NCBI GenBank assembly: GCA_963774015.1
Contig: CAVZDH010000011.1
Location: forward strand, 96,573 to 160,572
Source of the DNA: an uncultured delta proteobacterium
Lineage (GTDB): Bacteria > Desulfobacterota > Binatia > UTPRO1
Length of the DNA stretch: 64,000 bases
Reading direction: 5' to 3'
Both the position numbers and the translations under genes were made by a program. The notes beneath the pieces were generated by a model, which did no database searches, was not told the origin of the DNA, and saw only the letters and a program-made list of their open reading frames with translations. Below, piece by piece: positions 60,360-64,000 of this stretch (positions are counted from its first letter, which is position 1; each line of letters starts with the position of its first letter).

Positions 60360-61223
60360 TTACGTGCCGGGCTTACGCGTACGCGAGCGTGCCCCCGAGC
60401 CGTAGTCGCCGAAGGGGTCGTCACGCTCGCGGACCGCCTGACGGAAGCCGACGTCCTGCGCGCGGCTCACGAAGTCGAGACCCTCCTGCGTATGGCGCGC
60501 GATACCGTCGAACAGCGTCCCGAGCGTGCGGCTCGACGTGAGCCCCATGTTCTCGGCGGTCTGGTTGCAGAGGAGCTTCAGCATGACGAGCTGATTGGTC
60601 GGGAGACGCGCCATGCGACGCGCGAACGCCATCGCGTGCGTCTGCAGCTCGCCGTCGGGCACGGCCTCCAGAATGAGACCGATGCGCGCGGCCTCGGGCG
60701 CCGGGATCTCGTCGCCGGTCAGCAGATAGCGCTTCGCCTTCTCGAGACCCATGCGGTAGACCCACATCGCCGTCGTCGGCGTGCCCCAGACACGCGCAGG
60801 CGGATAACCGAAGGTCGCGCCCTCGCCCGCGATCACGATGTCGGCGCAGAGCACCATGTCGGTGCCGCCGCCGATGCACCACCCCTGCACCACGGCGATG
60901 GTCGGCTTCGCCGCGTACCAGAGCTTCATGTAGACGTCGACGAAGCGGCCCATCATGCGAAGGTCGGCGACCGAGTCCCAGCGCCGCTCGCGACCTTCCT
61001 CGGTCGCCTGGGCGACCGTCGACCAGTCGAGCCCGTAGCCGGCGCAGAAGGCGGGACCTTCCGCCCTGAGCAGGATCACGTGCACCGCCCGATCGGCGTC
61101 GGCGTCGTCGATCGCCGCGGCAAGCTCGTCGCGGAACGCGGGGGTGATCGTGTTGTACTGATCCGGACGGGCAAGGACGATCGAGCGAACGCCGTCCTCG
61201 GTCTCGATGCGGATCGCGCTCAT
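60360..61223 (-). CDS. enoyl-CoA hydratase/isomerase (crotonase) family protein
   Basis: ATG at 61223 overlaps the Rieske gene TGA (ATGA). ILLRAEGPAFCAGYGL and VVQGWCIGGGTDM oxyanion-hole regions. Confidence 0.88.
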   Translation of the reverse strand: MSAIRIETEDGVRSIVLARPDQYNTITPAFRDELAAAIDDADADRAVHVILLRAEGPAFCAGYGLDWSTVAQATEEGRERRWDSVADLRMMGRFVDVYMKLWYAAKPTIAVVQGWCIGGGTDMVLCADIVIAGEGATFGYPPARVWGTPTTAMWVYRMGLEKAKRYLLTGDEIPAPEAARIGLILEAVPDGELQTHAMAFARRMARLPTNQLVMLKLLCNQTAENMGLTSSRTLGTLFDGIARHTQEGLDFVSRAQDVGFRQAVRERDDPFGDYGSGARSRTRKPGT

Positions 61224-62401
61224 TGCGCCGCCTGCGCGACGGCGCTCGGCCGACCCGACTCGGTCGTCAGCTGCTCGCGCGTGTAGTGACCCGGGCGGGC
61301 CAGCGCCACGCGCTCGCCGGTCAGCGCACGGCTCACCATGCGCTCGAAGTGACCGATGCGGCTCTCGAGGAACGCCGAGTGCACGCCGCCGCGGAACCCG
61401 TGCGCGTGGAGCCCGCGCCGTACGCGCGTCACGACGGCGATGTCCTGTTGATTCGTCCGATCGATCGCGTCGCGGCGGAAGTCGCGGAGCAACGCGAGAT
61501 CGCCGCCCAGATCGAAGCTCCGCGCCACGAGCCGGATCCGCTCGGGGCCGAGCGGGTCGATGCGGAGATACGTGAACTCCGCCGGCGCGAGCACCGGGAT
61601 CAGGTTCGGGAAGACGTGACCGAAGCGGACGTAGCGCTGCTCCTCGGCCGCGAGGTGCGGCAGCTCCGGGATCATCGACTGGTACTCGGGCTTGATGAAG
61701 GCGTGGGTGTAGCTGCCGTGCTCCTCGAAGTGCTGACGCGCGCTCGCGGTCTCGACGAGATCGTTCAGGACGTCGTGCACGACGGCCACGTGGTAGCCCT
61801 CGAGCCCGTTCTCGACGTAGACTTTCCAGTTGACGTCGACCTCGTAGACGTACTCGAACGCGAGCTCCATGCGCTCGCCGCTCGCCCGCGCGAGCGCCCG
61901 CGGCAGCTCGCCGATCCAATCGACGAACGGTCCGGCCGCCGCGGGATCCAGACACGCGAACACCATGGGGCCGGCGGTTGCGACCGCGACCGGCTGGAGC
62001 GCGATCGTCGAGAAGTCGCAGGTGAACTCTTCGCGCGACGGCGCCCCGACGAGGCGTCCGTCGGTCGCGAAGCTCCATGCATGATAGGGGCATTTGATCT
62101 GGCGACCGCAATTCCCGCGGCCCTCGGCGATGGTAGCGCCGCGGTGCGGACAGACGTTGGCAAAGCCCCGGAGCTCGCCGTCGTGGCCACGCACGACGAC
62201 GACCGGGCTCGTGCCGATCGTGGCGGCGACGTAATCCCCGCCCGTGCGGAGCTCGGGAAGGTCGGCGACATGAACCCAGCTGCGCGCGAAAATCCGAGCC
62301 ATTTCGGCGTCGAACACCGCCGGCGAGAAGAATGCGCGCGGCGGCAACAAGCGCCCGGGCGCGGGCGCGGACACATCGCATCCATCGATCATGGTGCGCA
62401 T
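61220..62401 (-). CDS. Rieske [2Fe-2S] aromatic-ring-hydroxylating oxygenase, alpha-subunit-like
   Basis: CPHRG...CPYHAW Rieske motif. ATG at 62401 with AAGGAGG 6 nt upstream. Confidence 0.9.
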   Translation of the reverse strand: MRTMIDGCDVSAPAPGRLLPPRAFFSPAVFDAEMARIFARSWVHVADLPELRTGGDYVAATIGTSPVVVVRGHDGELRGFANVCPHRGATIAEGRGNCGRQIKCPYHAWSFATDGRLVGAPSREEFTCDFSTIALQPVAVATAGPMVFACLDPAAAGPFVDWIGELPRALARASGERMELAFEYVYEVDVNWKVYVENGLEGYHVAVVHDVLNDLVETASARQHFEEHGSYTHAFIKPEYQSMIPELPHLAAEEQRYVRFGHVFPNLIPVLAPAEFTYLRIDPLGPERIRLVARSFDLGGDLALLRDFRRDAIDRTNQQDIAVVTRVRRGLHAHGFRGGVHSAFLESRIGHFERMVSRALTGERVALARPGHYTREQLTTESGRPSAVAQAAQ

Positions 62402-62778
62402 CGTGAGCCTCCTTTGCGGGTACGCGTCTTCGGACGGCCGACCTTGGACAGGGTGGTTGCGCCCGTCGGAGCTCGGCAGCGAGCTGGCGACCGCGACAGC
62501 ACGTCGGGGTCGACCCACGGCTCGACGTCGCCCGCGCGTTGTCCGTCACGCGCGTTGCCGATCGCGGCGACGACCGCGGCGAACGTGTGCTCCAGCTCGC
62601 CGAGGAGCAGCGCCTGCTTGCCGCCGAAGAGATCGTAGAGCGTCGGGACCGAGACGCGGCTCGCGCGCGCGAGGTCGCGCATGGTGATGCCGTCGTAGCC
62701 CCGCTCGGCGATGAGCTCGCGCGCGGCCGCGAGAATCCGCGCGCGTCGCTCGGCCTTGTGCTCTTCGAAGAGGTTCAT
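62389..62778 (-). CDS. TetR family HTH protein, truncated (lacks most of the ligand-binding domain)
   Basis: Good TetR HTH AERGYDGITMRDLARASRVSVPTLYDLFGGKQALL. Only 129 aa; the tail loses coding character and runs into the Rieske RBS and start. Confidence 0.65.
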   Translation of the reverse strand: MNLFEEHKAERRARILAAARELIAERGYDGITMRDLARASRVSVPTLYDLFGGKQALLLGELEHTFAAVVAAIGNARDGQRAGDVEPWVDPDVLSRSPARCRAPTGATTLSKVGRPKTRTRKGGSRCAP

Positions 62779-62795
62779 GGAAGATTTGGCGGCGC

Positions 62796-63389
62796 TCAGG
62801 CGAGCAGGGTCTTCCAGGCCGCCGCGACGACCTCATGCAGGTTCGCGAGATCCCCGTCGTTCTCGAGGATCACGTCGGCGTGCCGACGGCGCTCGGCATC
62901 GTCGAGCTGCGCGGCGACCCGGGCGTCGATCTCCGCCCGCGTCATGGCGCGATCGGCCGCGAGCCTGGTCCGCACCGCTTCGGGGGGTGCGGTCACCACC
63001 CAGATCTGGTCGACCATACTCGTGCCCTTGGCCTCGAGGAGGATGGGCGCTTCGAGCACGATGTGGCCCGAGAAGCCGCCGTTTCGGAGGTCGGCGATCT
63101 CGCGCATGATCTCGCCGAAGATCAGCGGATGCACGATCGCGTTCAGCGCGGCGCGCTGCCCGGCGTCCGCAAAGACCAACGCGCCGAGCTTCTTGCGGTC
63201 GATCGTGCCGCCGGGCGCCACGACCCGCTTACCGAACGTCTCGACTATGCGAGCGTATCCCTCGCTGCCGGGCGCGTAGACGCGATGGCCGACTTGGTCA
63301 GTGTCGATGACGTGCGCGCCGAGCTCTGCGAGCATGCGACCGACGACGCTCTTCCCGGATCCGATCCCGCCCGTGAGCCCGATGATCAT
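62796..63389 (-). CDS. coaE: dephospho-CoA kinase
   Basis: ATG at 63389, P-loop IIGLTGGIGSGKS, 197 aa. Confidence 0.9.
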   Translation of the reverse strand: MIIGLTGGIGSGKSVVGRMLAELGAHVIDTDQVGHRVYAPGSEGYARIVETFGKRVVAPGGTIDRKKLGALVFADAGQRAALNAIVHPLIFGEIMREIADLRNGGFSGHIVLEAPILLEAKGTSMVDQIWVVTAPPEAVRTRLAADRAMTRAEIDARVAAQLDDAERRRHADVILENDGDLANLHEVVAAAWKTLLA

Positions 63390-63435
63390 GGCGCTCTTGT
63401 TGCGCAGGCCAGACCGCTCTGCAACAACGCCGCGC

Positions 63436-64000
63436 GTGACGGTCGATTGCGAGCGCCTCGACGACCGCATCGAGGGCGACGTCCGCGTCCAGCGGCTGCG
63501 GTACGCGGGCGGCGCCGGCGCCCGCGTTCCCGCCGTGCTGCTGCGGCCCGCCGTCCCGAGCGGCGCCGCTCCGGCCATCGTGCTGCAGCACGGCGCAAAC
63601 ACGGGCAAGGACGACTACTACATCCAGGCACCGGCCCGACGCTGGGCCAAACACGGATGGACGGTCCTCGCGATCGACCTCGCGGAACACGGTGAGCGGG
63701 CCAGCGCGCCGCCGAGCGATCCGCTCGTCCGGCGCCGCTTGATCGGAAAGCCGGCGTTCGTGGAGCAGAGCGTGGCGGACCTCTCGGCCGGGCTCGATCT
63801 CCTGGCGACGGACGCCGGCGTGGACGTCGGCCGCATCGCGTACGTCGGCTTCAGCCTCGGCGGCATGCTGGGCACGGTCTTCACGGCGCGGGAGCCACGC
63901 GTGCGTGCGGCAGCGATCGTGATCGCGGGGAGCTTCGCCTACACCCGCTACTGGGAGCACGGAGCGAGCGAGGAGGAGCGGGCCCGGCGATGGGCCGCCG
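63436..64000 (+). CDS. alpha/beta hydrolase (dienelactone-hydrolase-like), 3' end outside the window
   Basis: Own translation: the frame is open from GTG 63436 (or ATG 63388) to the window end. Nucleophile elbow GFSLGG. Not in the ORF track because there is no stop in the window. Confidence 0.7.
   Translation, partial: MTVDCERLDDRIEGDVRVQRLRYAGGAGARVPAVLLRPAVPSGAAPAIVLQHGANTGKDDYYIQAPARRWAKHGWTVLAIDLAEHGERASAPPSDPLVRRRLIGKPAFVEQSVADLSAGLDLLATDAGVDVGRIAYVGFSLGGMLGTVFTAREPRVRAAAIVIAGSFAYTRYWEHGASEEERARRWAA

Noticed and set aside
63388-63390. ATG 63388 as the start of the alpha/beta hydrolase
   Set aside because: It is in frame, but it would share bases with the divergent coaE start codon (CATG) and leave no promoter space. 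GTG 63436 is preferred, with low certainty.

Overview
Very GC-rich (by eye about 70%, not computed), gene-dense chromosomal window from a Gram-negative-type bacterium, judged from a TonB-dependent receptor, lipoproteins and sigma-54 promoters. I could not place it more precisely. I support about 60 protein-coding genes and found no rRNA, tRNA, CRISPR array, transposase, integrase or obvious phage or defence genes. Most long track ORFs rich in Arg/Ala/Pro are GC shadow frames lying over motif-bearing genes. The track translates ATG, GTG and TTG starts as M.

Content is mainly metabolic and envelope functions:
- ilvA, an aldehyde dehydrogenase, an M48 peptidase, a molybdopterin oxidoreductase, MAPEG and a P450
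- SDR, LLM oxidoreductase, APH-like kinase and a family III CoA-transferase
- a TetR / di-iron / WS-DGAT operon next to a dodecin
- nth, trmJ, a MoxR-DUF58-BatA-VWA operon, a ferredoxin, a HAD-PlsC fusion, Rieske oxygenase plus crotonase, and coaE

Two gene clusters stand out:
1. Minus-strand module at 28.5-34.8 kb: a YtkA/FixH-like protein, a MauG-like di-haem peroxidase, a TonB-dependent receptor, a PF04392-type binding protein with no ABC partners, and an orphan HAMP histidine kinase. Reading frames are coupled by 4-nt overlaps.
2. Nitrogen supercluster at 36.3-43.8 kb: three Amt transporters, two PII proteins, two near-identical sigma-54 promoters, and an intramembrane-type histidine kinase plus LuxR regulator directly behind one Amt.

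The segment at 34.9-43.1 kb carries at least eight single-base frame disruptions in five otherwise well-conserved genes. This indicates either local assembly indel errors or very recent decay. It must be resolved before any functional claim about that cluster.

Other oddities:
- a GST gene with an internal deletion
- a coding-looking region with no usable start codon
- a ~130-nt structured inverted-repeat element
- a 16-nt direct repeat pair
- a truncated TetR gene

No finding here is proven novel. All functional calls come from motif recognition by eye.
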